DNA from: Patescibacteria group bacterium
GTDB taxonomy: Bacteria; Patescibacteriota; Patescibacteriia; UBA9934
Assembly (NCBI GenBank): GCA_041659765.1
Contig: JBAZXR010000001.1
Span: 723,338 to 787,337 of the forward strand
DNA: 64,000 nt
Reading direction: 5' to 3'
Shown: piece after piece, positions 9,825 to 20,138 of the stretch
How positions within the stretch are numbered: position 1 is the first letter of the stretch
How the letters are laid out: each line of letters opens with the position of its first letter
Position numbers and translations under genes: made by a program
Notes under the pieces: generated by a model
What the model was told of the DNA's origin: nothing
The model's database searches: none
The model's input: only the letters and a program-made list of their open reading frames with translations

Positions 9825-9884
9825 ACCGTCAGGTTTCAGGTATCAGGTTCTCTTCTCCATATTCCCAAAATCGCCTTTTCTAAT

Positions 9885-11687
9885 TTGTTTTCCAAAAAAA
9901 ACCGGGATGCTAAATCCCGGGGGACTAGTCGTACCTTTGCCAGTCCGGATGCTGAAACCCTAGCCCGAAAAGAAATTCTTTCCGTTAAACCAGCTAGACG
10001 GTTACCGTCCGTGAGCCAGTGGAAGCATCTCCCAAAGTTTTTAAGTCTAAGTGAAAAACGGGTGGCGCTTGGTGCGCTGACTATTGCTCTCTTGGCCGGC
10101 ACCGCCCTTGGGCTCAGGTTCCTGTCTGCTCACCAGTCGCTCTCGCCAGCCGTTGGCGGCAGCTATACAGAAGGACTCGTTGGCACTCCCGCACTCATTA
10201 ACCCGCTCTACGCTTCGGCTAGCGACGTGGACAATGATTTAGCTCATCTCATGTATTCCGGGCTCATGCGATTTGATCCCCAAGATGGACTGGGAACTGA
10301 TTTAGCTTCCTCATATACAGTTTCGCCTGACGGAAAATCATACACTTTTGTTCTTCGTGATGGCGTTCGTTTTCATAACGGCGATTCATTCTCAAGCGAA
10401 GACGTAGCCTTTACTTTTCGTGCCATTCAAAATCCAGAATACGGCAGCACGCTGGCCCCAACCTTTGCTGGAGTCACAATTGATACTCCAGATGCCCGAA
10501 CAGTAACTTTTACCCTACCGGAAGCCTCCTCAGCTTTCCTCGGAAACATGACCGTTGGTATTTTACCGGCAGGCGTTTGGTCAGATATCCCGAGCATGAA
10601 TGCTAAGCTGACCATCCTCTCGCTCGAACCAATCGGCACAGGCCCGTATAAGTTCGAAAAACTGACCAAGGATAGCCGAGGAACCCTTCGCAGTATGACG
10701 CTCGTGCGTAACAAACAGTACTACAGAGGTGTACCGTTTATTGATTCGCTTCAATTCAAATTTGCTGGCTCAGCTGACGAGTTAGCTAATCTGTTACGCA
10801 ATAAAAACATCGAGGGAGCGGTGACCGTACCTTTCTCTGAGGCCCCTAAATTTACCTCTGACAGATCTTTCCAAGTGCTCCAGCCGCTCATCCCCCAGTA
10901 CACAGCCGCCTTCTTTAATCTGAAATCCACAGGCCCGATCGGGGATAGCAACGTCAGAAAAGGACTTGATCTTGGGCTTGACCGACAAGCTGTTATCACC
11001 AAAGCCCTGGTAACTAAAGCACTTCCTCTAAACTCTCCGCTCGTGACCGGCATGCCGGGAGCGAACACAACCGGTGCCGGTAGCTTTGACTTAGCAGCAG
11101 CTGATGCGGCTCTGGAAGCTAGCGGTTATAAAAAACCGGAAGGCGGAGGCACTCGCGTTAAAGGAACTACGGCTCTGACTCTTAACGTAGCTTTTGCTAA
11201 TACCACAGAACTAAATTCCGTTGCCACTGAACTCAAACGCCAATGGGAACTCCTGGGAGCAAGTGTTAATCTTGAGGCAAAAAGTGCTGATTCGCTCCAG
11301 ACCGATATACTACGAAACAGAAATTTTGATGTACTCCTGACCGGCGAACTATATGGCGCTTTCCGTGATCCATACCCCTACTGGCATTCTTCCCAATCAA
11401 CCTACCCAGGACTTAACATCACGCAACTGGTGAATAGGTCAGCGGATGAGGCGATGAGCATAATTCGTTCAACCACGGATGAAACTAAACGAGCTGAAAG
11501 TTACGCCGCCTTTGCCAAAGTCCTGGCCGATCAACACGTAGCCGCTTTTCTCTACGAGCCGTCGTACGTATACCTAACCAGTAAATCGATCAAAGGCGTT
11601 GACTTGCCTGTGGTAAACTTGCCGGCGGATAGATTCGCGGATATAAACGAGTGGTATATCAAGACAAAACGGGTCCTCAAGAAGTAA
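9885..11687 (+). CDS. ABC transporter substrate-binding protein, family 5
   Basis: YTFVLRDGVRFHNG, DVAFT, PIGTGPYKF, YPYWHSSQ. Confidence 0.9.
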   Translation: MFSKKNRDAKSRGTSRTFASPDAETLARKEILSVKPARRLPSVSQWKHLPKFLSLSEKRVALGALTIALLAGTALGLRFLSAHQSLSPAVGGSYTEGLVGTPALINPLYASASDVDNDLAHLMYSGLMRFDPQDGLGTDLASSYTVSPDGKSYTFVLRDGVRFHNGDSFSSEDVAFTFRAIQNPEYGSTLAPTFAGVTIDTPDARTVTFTLPEASSAFLGNMTVGILPAGVWSDIPSMNAKLTILSLEPIGTGPYKFEKLTKDSRGTLRSMTLVRNKQYYRGVPFIDSLQFKFAGSADELANLLRNKNIEGAVTVPFSEAPKFTSDRSFQVLQPLIPQYTAAFFNLKSTGPIGDSNVRKGLDLGLDRQAVITKALVTKALPLNSPLVTGMPGANTTGAGSFDLAAADAALEASGYKKPEGGGTRVKGTTALTLNVAFANTTELNSVATELKRQWELLGASVNLEAKSADSLQTDILRNRNFDVLLTGELYGAFRDPYPYWHSSQSTYPGLNITQLVNRSADEAMSIIRSTTDETKRAESYAAFAKVLADQHVAAFLYEPSYVYLTSKSIKGVDLPVVNLPADRFADINEWYIKTKRVLKK

Positions 11688-11748
11688 GAACGTTGACGAA
11701 AAGCGGAAGAAATGATAGTGTACTTTCTTCTTAGGAGTGAGGATTCGT

Positions 11749-11835
11749 GCGGGCGTGGCGGAATTGGTATACGCGTAGGTCTCAGAAGCCTATGCCAGTA
11801 ATGGCTTGAGAGTTCGAGTCTCTCCGCCCGCACCA
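11749..11835 (+). tRNA. tRNA-Leu(CAG)
   Basis: GCGGGCGTGGCGGAATTGG...TAGGT-CT-CAG-AA-GCCTA, long variable arm, ACCA end. Confidence 0.96.
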
Positions 11836-11951
11836 CCAGTAACTTGTTCGAACATAACTGCTCGCAGTTGATTCTCTCGAAACCCTTCGAGGGAGCCGAC
11901 TGTCAGGAGTGAAGCATTTATTCTTTAACTTTTCATTCGACAGTTTGATTT

Positions 11952-13775
11952 ATGGGAAATTTTAAACCCAATACGTTCCGGGCTGCGCCACCTCAGAAGA
12001 GTGCACCACCACGTGGACGAAAACCGTTCCCGGAAACAGCGACAACTTCTCGCCCGGTAACTGCGCAGCCAGAAAAATCCATGACCCTCACCTCCCCCAC
12101 GGGAGATCAGGTGCGTGTCATGGTGCTTGGCGGACTTGAGGAAGTGGGACGCAACTGTACCCTCATTGAGTACAAAGATGACATCATCATTGTTGACCTC
12201 GGCCTGCAGTTCCCCGATGAAGACATGCCTGGCGTGGACTACATCATCCCGAACATGACCTATCTCCGCGGAAAGGAGAAGAATGTACGCGGCGTGATCA
12301 TCACGCACGGTCACTATGACCACATTGGTGCTATTCCACACGTAGTCCAGAACATTGGCAATCCTACGGTGTACGCACTCCCTGTGGCTGCCGGCATTAT
12401 CAAGAAGCGTCAGACGGACTTCCCTACCTCTACGGTAAACGTGAAGACTATTGCGATCACCACTGAACTACAGCTTGGTGCTTTCAAGGTGCATTTCTTC
12501 CACATTAACCACAACATTCCAGACTCAGCGGGTATCGTCATCGAGACTCCAGCTGGCGTCATCTGTCACACCGGCGACTGGAAGTATGACTTCCACCCGG
12601 TTGGCGCGCCTCCGGCTGACTTTCACAAGATGGCTCGTTTGGGCGAAGCTGGCGTCACTCTTCTCATGGGCGACTCCACTAATGCTGACCGCCATGGCCA
12701 CCAGAAGTCCGAGAAGATTATCGGCGAAGAGCTGTACTCGATTCTCGAGAAGGCGAAAGGCCGCGTTATTGTCGGCACCTTCGCTTCCCTTCTCTCCCGC
12801 GTAAAGCAGCTCATGGAAATTTCCGAAAAGCTTGGTCGCAAGATCGCGCTCGACGGTTACTCCATGAAGACGAACGTAGAAATTGCGAAGGAGCTCGGTT
12901 ACATCCAGGTGAACGAAAAGTCCATCATCCCGATTGAAGAAGCGAACAACCTCCCACCAGAAAAAGTAACAATTATTTGTACTGGCGCTCAGGGCGAAAA
13001 GCGTGCTGCACTTTCCAGAATCGCTAATGATGAGCATCGTTTCATTCGCGTCGATCGCGAAGACACGGTTATCTTCTCAAGCTCGGTCATTCCGGGTAAC
13101 GAGGCCTCTGTTCAGCGTTTGAAGGACACGTTCTACCGCAAGCGCGCTCGCGTGATCCACAAGGATCTTATGGATGTGCACGCTGGTGGCCACGCCATGA
13201 AAGAGGATATTAAGCTCATGCTCTCCCTCTTCAAGCCAAAGTACTACATGCCAATTGAAGGCAACCATTTCTTGCTCCGCGAGAACGCAGAAGTTGCGTA
13301 CTCCATGGGCTGGAAAGAGGAAAACGTCTTCGTGGCTGACAACGGCCAGGTGGTAACCCTGGCGAAAGGTGCTGACGGCGTAAGCCACGCTGCACTTACC
13401 CCAGAGAAAGTCCCGTCGGATTACGTCTTCGTAGACGGTCTCGGCGTGGGCGATGTTTCCCAGGTAGTTCTCCGCGATCGCCAGGCGCTTGCCGAAGATG
13501 GCATGCTCGTGGTCATTGCGCAGTTCGACAAAAAGGCCGGTACTCTGACCCAAACGCCAGATATGGTCAGCCGCGGCTTCCTGCACATGAAGGACAACAA
13601 GGAATTCATTGACATGACCCGCAAGACTCTTGAAGATATGATCCGCGCGCACAAGCACGGCGTACCGCTCGACCCGGATGAAATCAAAGAATTTATCCGT
13701 GAAGAGCTGGGCAAGTTCCTGTTTACCAAAACAGAACGCCGCCCGATGATCCTGCCAGTTATTATCGAGGTTTAA
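11952..13775 (+). CDS. rnj: Ribonuclease J
   Basis: GGLEEVGRN, THGHYDHIG, HTGDWK, GDSTNA, HAGGHA, RRPMILPV. Confidence 0.96.
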   Translation: MGNFKPNTFRAAPPQKSAPPRGRKPFPETATTSRPVTAQPEKSMTLTSPTGDQVRVMVLGGLEEVGRNCTLIEYKDDIIIVDLGLQFPDEDMPGVDYIIPNMTYLRGKEKNVRGVIITHGHYDHIGAIPHVVQNIGNPTVYALPVAAGIIKKRQTDFPTSTVNVKTIAITTELQLGAFKVHFFHINHNIPDSAGIVIETPAGVICHTGDWKYDFHPVGAPPADFHKMARLGEAGVTLLMGDSTNADRHGHQKSEKIIGEELYSILEKAKGRVIVGTFASLLSRVKQLMEISEKLGRKIALDGYSMKTNVEIAKELGYIQVNEKSIIPIEEANNLPPEKVTIICTGAQGEKRAALSRIANDEHRFIRVDREDTVIFSSSVIPGNEASVQRLKDTFYRKRARVIHKDLMDVHAGGHAMKEDIKLMLSLFKPKYYMPIEGNHFLLRENAEVAYSMGWKEENVFVADNGQVVTLAKGADGVSHAALTPEKVPSDYVFVDGLGVGDVSQVVLRDRQALAEDGMLVVIAQFDKKAGTLTQTPDMVSRGFLHMKDNKEFIDMTRKTLEDMIRAHKHGVPLDPDEIKEFIREELGKFLFTKTERRPMILPVIIEV

Positions 13776-13781
13776 CTTACC

Positions 13782-13816
13782 GCAGAAGGCGCTCGCAAGG
13801 GCGTCTTTTGCTTTTC
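13782..13816 (+). terminator. Intrinsic terminator
   Basis: GCAGAAGGCGCTC-GCAA-GGGCGTCTTTTGC followed by T-tract. Confidence 0.7.
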
Positions 13817-13859
13817 ATAGCCGAACTGCGATAAACTGCTTGGCAACTAGCCAACCATT

Positions 13860-14843
13860 ATGCGAATTCTTACCGGCATTCAACCAACCAACATCCTCCA
13901 CATTGGCAATTACTTTGGCGCTCTGAAGCCAGCGGTCGAACTCCAGAAGGAACATGACCTAACCATGCTGATCGTTGACCTGCACGCCATCACCGTCCCG
14001 CAGAACCCCATCGAGCTCAGCAATAACATTGCGTTTGCAACCGCGGCGTACCTGGCTGCGGGAATAGACCCAAAGAAGGCAACAATTGTGCAGCAGTCGA
14101 GAGTTTCTGCGCATGCGGAACTTGGCTGGATGATGTCGTGTATCGCCAAGACCGGTGAGCTAGATCGGATGACACAGTTTAAAGATAAAGCGACGGGCAA
14201 GGGCGAGAAAGTTTCCGTTGGCCTCTATACATATCCCATTTTAATGGCAGCCGACATCCTCCTGTACAACACTGATGCTGTGCCGGTTGGTGCTGATCAA
14301 AAACAACATATTGAGCTGGCACGCGACCTGGCCGAAAGATTCAACCGAGATTTCGGCGAGACGTTTGTGATTCCGAAGCCGATTATCGCTGAACATGGCG
14401 CAAAGATCTTGGCACTCGACAACCCGGAAAAGAAAATGAGCAAGAGCTCCCCCGCTCCCAAGAGTTATATTTCACTAATGGACGATGCAGATACTATTCG
14501 CAAGAAAATCCGTTCGGCGGTTACCGATTCAGAACCGACGGTACGATACGACGAAGCTCGACCAGGCGTAGCGAACCTGTTGACGATTCTCTCGCTGGTC
14601 GAAAAACGCTCGGTCTTCGCTATCGCCGATGAATATGTCGATAAGGGCATGAAGGACTTGAAGGACGACGTAGCCGAAGCATTGATTGTTCACCTCGAGC
14701 CTCTCCAAGCTGAAATCGCCGGCTACCTGAAACACCGAGATGAGCTCGAAAAGGTTATCGCGGAAGGCAGTGCTCGAGGAGCCCTAATTGCAGGAGCAAA
14801 CGTGGAAAACGTGAAGGTAAAAATGGGTCTAAAGTTAGCATAA
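13860..14843 (+). CDS. trpS: Tryptophanyl-tRNA synthetase
   Basis: TGIQPT..LHIGNY, YPILMAADIL, VPVGADQKQH, KMSKS. Confidence 0.97.
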   Translation: MRILTGIQPTNILHIGNYFGALKPAVELQKEHDLTMLIVDLHAITVPQNPIELSNNIAFATAAYLAAGIDPKKATIVQQSRVSAHAELGWMMSCIAKTGELDRMTQFKDKATGKGEKVSVGLYTYPILMAADILLYNTDAVPVGADQKQHIELARDLAERFNRDFGETFVIPKPIIAEHGAKILALDNPEKKMSKSSPAPKSYISLMDDADTIRKKIRSAVTDSEPTVRYDEARPGVANLLTILSLVEKRSVFAIADEYVDKGMKDLKDDVAEALIVHLEPLQAEIAGYLKHRDELEKVIAEGSARGALIAGANVENVKVKMGLKLA

Positions 14844-14888
14844 TAATAGCATTTTTAGGTTGACAAACAGCCCAAAAAGTGCTATTAT
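14836..14888 (+). promoter_or_regulatory. sigma70 promoter with upstream TAGC repeats
   Basis: TAGC-N7-TAGC-N9-TTGACA-N17-TATTAT. Confidence 0.8.
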
Positions 14889-14978
14889 TGTTATTGTGTT
14901 TACGATGAATAGTTGTCTTCACACCCACCGGAAAGGCATCTCGCCTTTTCAACCCTCACTTCCTACCTTGAGGTTTCA

Positions 14979-15167
14979 ATGTCTTCGAAAATCGTGAATG
15001 GGTTCCTCGTCATGGTCACCATTTGTGGCCTGCTCGGTCTGGCTGTTCTCTGTACCACAGAGGGCATCAAGTTCGATGGCGAGATGCTTCTGCTCGCGCT
15101 CGCGATCATCTGCATCCCGGCCTACCTGTCGACGCTCCCCATCAAACAAACCGAAAACAACACCTAA
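14979..15167 (+). CDS. Small orphan membrane protein
   Basis: GAGG SD; 62 aa with two TM segments. Confidence 0.6.
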   Translation: MSSKIVNGFLVMVTICGLLGLAVLCTTEGIKFDGEMLLLALAIICIPAYLSTLPIKQTENNT

Positions 15168-15176
15168 GGGGGATCA

Positions 15177-15443
15177 ATGGAGAAACATCAGGATGAACCT
15201 TTGACACTCGCTCAGTGCACCTTGGTAATGGTGATCGGCGTGCCGATCATTATGGCCGTCTGCGCCTGGGCAATTTTCTGCCTAGCAGCGGTGGTCGCGA
15301 TCTTCAAGATGATCGCCATCGGAGCGCTCGGGTACATCTTCAGCGAGCCGGAGCCAATCTTCAAGCTCATGATGATCGCCGTAGTCTTCCCATTGCTGTT
15401 GATCTCGATCGTCGGGCATGAATGGAGTGCTCAAAAAAGTTAG
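15177..15443 (+). CDS. Small orphan membrane protein
   Basis: AGGGGG SD; hydrophobic 88 aa. Confidence 0.65.
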   Translation: MEKHQDEPLTLAQCTLVMVIGVPIIMAVCAWAIFCLAAVVAIFKMIAIGALGYIFSEPEPIFKLMMIAVVFPLLLISIVGHEWSAQKS

Positions 15444-15637
15444 GCTGACCCGGTGGGTTCGTCTAGACGCTCGTCTCAACTGAGGCGGGCGTTCTTCTTT
15501 TTGAAAAGCTGACGTCGGCCGAACTCGCCTTCTTCTTTGAAGGGGGCTTCTTTTATCTGAGCGAAATTATTGACCACTTTCATTCCAAGATGTAGTATTC
15601 TGAAGCTCATAACGAGCAACCCAGTGAGGTTCCCCAG

Positions 15638-16225
15638 ATGATCCACGCCAGCAGTCGTACCATCTCCCTCGATTCCCGCGACCTCAGGAAGCCCCGCAAG
15701 CGCGAATCGCGTCGCCCGAAACCCCCGCACGGCCAACGCCGTCTGGACCCGCTCAACGAGACCCTCTCGTCCACGGCCGCCAGCGCGCTCACCCTCGATG
15801 ACCGCGTGTTCCTCTTTGCCCTCTCGGCCCGGAGCAGCTGCCGTGGACCCATGCGCGCACATGGCGCCTTCAAGAAGAAGGGCAATGGCAGCGAAATCAA
15901 AGAGCCGAAGCGCACGGAAGAACTCCTCGCGCACCGCAAAAAGGGCCGAGCCACGCTGTCCCAAGCGATCGAGTTCATCGACCAGCTGCGGACTCCGGCG
16001 GCGCGCCTGGAAGTCCTCACCGTCTTCCTCGGGAGCATGTCCCAGTTCATGGGAACGGCGAACGGCGAGAAGATGCTCGTGAAGCAGATGATGGCGGGCG
16101 CCAGCGTGATCCGCCAGTTCCTCTCGGAAATCACTGCTCTCAAGGAAAATCCTGTCGAACTCATGAAGAAGACGAGCAAGTCCGCCGTCCTCGACATGTT
16201 CGAAGGTGCCCTCCCCTCGGCCTAG
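15638..16225 (+). CDS. Orphan protein with basic disordered N-terminus
   Basis: Own promoter TTGACC-N17-TAGTAT (~15570), GAGG SD, downstream terminator. Confidence 0.65.
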   Translation: MIHASSRTISLDSRDLRKPRKRESRRPKPPHGQRRLDPLNETLSSTAASALTLDDRVFLFALSARSSCRGPMRAHGAFKKKGNGSEIKEPKRTEELLAHRKKGRATLSQAIEFIDQLRTPAARLEVLTVFLGSMSQFMGTANGEKMLVKQMMAGASVIRQFLSEITALKENPVELMKKTSKSAVLDMFEGALPSA

Positions 16226-16394
16226 AGCCGAGAGATCATGACCCGTGTACCCGTCAGTCCGAACTCCTCTCGGGCCGGCGGGTACTTCTTTTTATTGACC
16301 GTATCGCCTTTTTGGTGTACCGTCGGCGTGCGTTTCTACCTCCCGGTAGGGGCGTTTTCCCAAGAACAGTATTCTTCCCCGCTTGAGGTGCCGC

Positions 16395-17003
16395 ATGGCT
16401 CGTTCCCCCGATACGTTCAAACCGCGTCCTGTCCTGGCTCCGCCGCCTACGCCCAGCCAGCGACCCTACAAGTTCGCTCACCCGGTCGATACGTCCTGGA
16501 CTGAAGCTGATCGACGGCGCGATCGAATCCGCCACGGTCTCCCGGCCAACCGGAACCTCGACGAAGAGATGCCCGTGAAGAACTACAGCGATCTGGGGCA
16601 CATCGATGACCGGCTGAAGATCATGCTCGAAAGCGTGAAAAACGGCCTCGGCTTCGAGAACCGCTACCACAAGCTGGCGATCTACTCGTTCGTGCTCGGT
16701 GCCAACGCCGCAGTCCACGGAAATGAACAGCTGAACGCCGAAATCACCCGGCTGGCCACCGAGTGTCTGAGCGATCGCCTGCACCACCTGCGCGCGGAGC
16801 ACTGCGACGCGATCGTGGCCTCTGAGCTCACGCCTGACCAGGCCGTTGCCACCGTGTCCATGGTCCTCAGCATCTGGGGAAGCAAAGCTGGTATTCGGGC
16901 TGTCACCAAAGCCCGTCGTATCCAGGATGGGTACAAGCACACCCAGCACAAGATCCGTCCCGCCCAACTGATTTCGCAGTTGACCGACGCTCTCCGGAGC
17001 TAG
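16395..17003 (+). CDS. Orphan protein with Pro-rich N-terminus
   Basis: Own promoter TTGACC-N17-TACCGT (~16295), GAGGTG SD, terminator at 17026-17056. Confidence 0.65.
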   Translation: MARSPDTFKPRPVLAPPPTPSQRPYKFAHPVDTSWTEADRRRDRIRHGLPANRNLDEEMPVKNYSDLGHIDDRLKIMLESVKNGLGFENRYHKLAIYSFVLGANAAVHGNEQLNAEITRLATECLSDRLHHLRAEHCDAIVASELTPDQAVATVSMVLSIWGSKAGIRAVTKARRIQDGYKHTQHKIRPAQLISQLTDALRS

Positions 17004-17092
17004 TCGACAACTGCATTCACACGTCTAGAGCTCCGCCAAGCGGAGCTCTTTTTCTTTACAAGTTCGCCGTTTTTTGCTACAATCGCCCTGCT

Positions 17093-17569
17093 TGGAAAGC
17101 AAGACAATCGCCCCGTAAAAAGGGAGGAAAGTCCGAACACCCGTGGTGCAGCAATGCATCATTGAGAAAAGGCGTTGCTAACAGCAACCGGGAAAAAGTG
17201 ATGCCAGTGAGGGACTGGATGGCGGCTTCGCGCTGTCCCCCACAGGCCTCAAGAAGCCCAGGGAAAGTCTTTAGGAAACGTAAGAATCCTGAAGGTCAAG
17301 ACTTGCGGGAAACCGCAGGAAAGACGCAACAGAGACTATGATACCCGTCTAAGGCGCAAGCTATGGCGGAGTACAGTGAAAAGTGAGGAGCCCACTCCTC
17401 TCACCCGCGTGGCGACGCGCGGGTGCGGCAAACCCGCCTTGGTGCAAGAGCAAATTAGGTAGCTCGCATGAGTCTGATAGCAATATCAGAACTAGAGAGA
17501 TGATTGTCACGAATCGCTGTGCACGAATGCGCACAGAGGCTCGACAGAATTCGGCTTACTAGCTTTCCA
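17093..17569 (+). ncRNA. rnpB: RNase P RNA with large insertion
   Basis: GAGGAAAGTCC (P4 5'), GCAACAGAGA, ACAGAATTCGGCTTAC (P4 3'), P1 TGGAAAGC/GCTTTCCA; promoter TTTACA-N17-TACAAT upstream and terminator downstream. Confidence 0.93.
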
Positions 17570-17609
17570 GCCTGAAAAACCGTCCGCAAGGGCGGTTTTT
17601 CATGTTAAA

Positions 17610-19022
17610 ATGAGCCAAGCTATGAAGCGTATAGATTTGGCTTTTGCCGCTCTCTTTGTTCCACTCGACTATCTCATGCTTCTTTTAGCTGGGACGGCTG
17701 CCTATGCCTTGCGTTTTGCACCGGTGTTCACGGCCTTCAGACCAGTTACCTTTGAACTTAGCTTCAGCGAGTTTTTAGCTCTCGTCCTCCCGATTGCCGC
17801 CATTTATATCCTGGTTTTTTCGCTCTCCGGCCTTTATAACATCCGACCCCGAAGTATTCCGGGCGAAGCGGTTCGCGTCATCGTAGCTTCTGCGGCAAGC
17901 ATTGCCGTGGTTCTCGCTATTGCCTTCTTCTCGCGTGAACTCTTTGATTCTCGATTTATTGTGCTCGCAGCCTGGGTGTTTTCGGTTGTCTTTCTACTCG
18001 TCGAGCGGCTCTCGCTCCGCCTACTCCAACGGACACTGCGGCGATTCGGCTATGGCGTGCAATACGTTGCGGTGATCGGCAAGACGAAGAATGCAAATGA
18101 ACTCGTAGCCTACTTCGGAGAGCATCGTGCGCTCGGGTATGTAACAAGCTACCACACAGCGCACTTCAATAACGACACAGCAGATCGTCTAAAACGATTG
18201 AAAAATGAAAACAAACTCGATCTTATTCTTCTTGCGAATACTGAGGCCGAGCGGTCAGAAGTTACTTCGATCAAAACTTTTTCTGATGTAGAGCATACGT
18301 CCTTCATGTACACGGCTGATTTGTTCCCTGGCAGCACGCTCCGGCCGATTGTCTTTACCTTCGGCGGCAGCCCCGTGATCGAGGTGCCAAAGACCCCACT
18401 CGATGGCTGGGGTGCAATCTACAAGCGAAGCTTCGACATCATGGTATCGCTTCTCCTCATCATCGCTACCCTCCCCCTACAACTCTTGATCGGGCTCGCC
18501 ATCTTCATCGAGAACCCGGGGCCGATTTTCTTCACCATCAAGCGCGTGGGTATGCGTGGAAAACCGTTCCCATTCATGAAGTTTCGCTCGATGATCAAGA
18601 ACGCACATAAGTTGCGATTTGATCCAAAGTTTATTGAAAAATACGGCAACGAACGCGAAGGCACGCCACTTTTCAAGCTGGCCGACGATCCTCGGGTTAC
18701 ACGAGTTGGTCGATTTATCAGAAAGTGGAGCTTGGACGAGATTCCCCAGTTTTACGCCGTCTTCGCTGGCTCCATGAGTCTCGTTGGACCTCGACCCCAC
18801 CTGCCTGAAGAAGTGGCTCGCTATAAACCCGGCGAGCGGCGCGTTTTGACCATTAAACCGGGCATTTCTGGTTTATCCCAAATTAGCGGGCGGGCAAACC
18901 TTGACTTTGAAGACGAAGTCCGCCTAGATATGTACTATATTGAGAACTGGAGCCCCTGGCTGGATCTCATTATCCTAATCAAAACACCGATTGCTGTGCT
19001 TTTTAGGAAAGGGGCATATTAG
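17610..19022 (+). CDS. Polyprenyl-phosphate glycosylphosphotransferase (WcaJ/WbaP-like sugar transferase)
   Basis: KRSFDI, KFRSM, DPRVTRVG, SLDEIPQ, MSLVGPRP, KPGISG. Confidence 0.93.
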   Translation: MSQAMKRIDLAFAALFVPLDYLMLLLAGTAAYALRFAPVFTAFRPVTFELSFSEFLALVLPIAAIYILVFSLSGLYNIRPRSIPGEAVRVIVASAASIAVVLAIAFFSRELFDSRFIVLAAWVFSVVFLLVERLSLRLLQRTLRRFGYGVQYVAVIGKTKNANELVAYFGEHRALGYVTSYHTAHFNNDTADRLKRLKNENKLDLILLANTEAERSEVTSIKTFSDVEHTSFMYTADLFPGSTLRPIVFTFGGSPVIEVPKTPLDGWGAIYKRSFDIMVSLLLIIATLPLQLLIGLAIFIENPGPIFFTIKRVGMRGKPFPFMKFRSMIKNAHKLRFDPKFIEKYGNEREGTPLFKLADDPRVTRVGRFIRKWSLDEIPQFYAVFAGSMSLVGPRPHLPEEVARYKPGERRVLTIKPGISGLSQISGRANLDFEDEVRLDMYYIENWSPWLDLIILIKTPIAVLFRKGAY

Positions 19023-19031
19023 GAAAGTCTT

Positions 19032-20138
19032 ATGCGTGTTGCGCTTGTCCATGACCATTTAATTCAGCACGGAGGCGCTGAACGTGTTCTTTCCGCGCTC
19101 CAGGCCATCTTTCCTGAAGCGCCTACCTACACGCTTTTTTTTGATCGTGATGCCATGAAGGCAGATTTTGGACACAAAGATATTCGGACTTCTTTTCTCC
19201 AACATATTCCCGGTGGCAAACGTTTCTTCCGCTATCTTCTCCCCCTCATGCCTTCAGCGACCGAGAGTTATGATCTCTCGGGTTTCGACGTCATCATTTC
19301 TTCGGCCAGTGCCTTCGCCAAAGGTATCGTGACGCCCACGGATAGCGTTCACATTTCATACTGTCATACGCCAACGAGATATCTATGGAGCGACGCCCAA
19401 AGCTACGTCGAAGAACTCAATGCGCCAAAGATTGTGAAGTGGGCACTCCCGCCGGTTATTTCATTGCTTAGACTTTGGGATAAAGCTGCTGCAGACCGAA
19501 CCGATCTGTTCATTGCTAACTCGAAAACCGTTCAGAACCGCATCAAGAAGTATTACCGCCGCGAAAGCGAAGTTATTAATCCGCCGGTTGATACCGCACG
19601 CTTCTTTGTTTCGAATAACCCTAAACATTACTACCTCGCTGGCGGACGTCTTGTGTCCTACAAGCGGTTCGACCTCGTCGTCGAGGCGTTTACGAAGCTC
19701 GGGCTCCCACTCAAAGTCTTTGGCTCGGGTCCGGCTGAGGAATCGCTCCGCAAAATCGCCGGGCCGAATGTCGAATTTCTTGGTCGAGTATCTGACGATG
19801 AACGCACGCGCCTGTTTGCGGACGCAATCGCCTTCATTAACCCGCAAGAAGAAGATTTTGGCCTCACGGTTGTAGAAGCGATGGCAGCGGGCCGGCCGGT
19901 TATTGCGTATCAGAAGGGCGGAGCGACTGAGACCGTTATCGAAGGCGTGACGGGCGTGTTCTTCAATAAACAAACCGTCGACGCACTCGACGAAGCCGTG
20001 AAGAACTTCGACGCGACCAAATTCGATCCCGCAAAAATTCGACAGCACGCTGAAACCTTCTCAACTGAAAGATTCCGCAGAGAACTTCTCGCTTTTGTAG
20101 AAAACGCGTATCGTAAGGCGTATGAAGATCGCCATTGA
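19032..20138 (+). CDS. Glycosyltransferase family 4
   Basis: HDHL..GGAERV, CHTP.RY.W, EDFGLTVVEAMAAG. Confidence 0.92.
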   Translation: MRVALVHDHLIQHGGAERVLSALQAIFPEAPTYTLFFDRDAMKADFGHKDIRTSFLQHIPGGKRFFRYLLPLMPSATESYDLSGFDVIISSASAFAKGIVTPTDSVHISYCHTPTRYLWSDAQSYVEELNAPKIVKWALPPVISLLRLWDKAAADRTDLFIANSKTVQNRIKKYYRRESEVINPPVDTARFFVSNNPKHYYLAGGRLVSYKRFDLVVEAFTKLGLPLKVFGSGPAEESLRKIAGPNVEFLGRVSDDERTRLFADAIAFINPQEEDFGLTVVEAMAAGRPVIAYQKGGATETVIEGVTGVFFNKQTVDALDEAVKNFDATKFDPAKIRQHAETFSTERFRRELLAFVENAYRKAYEDRH

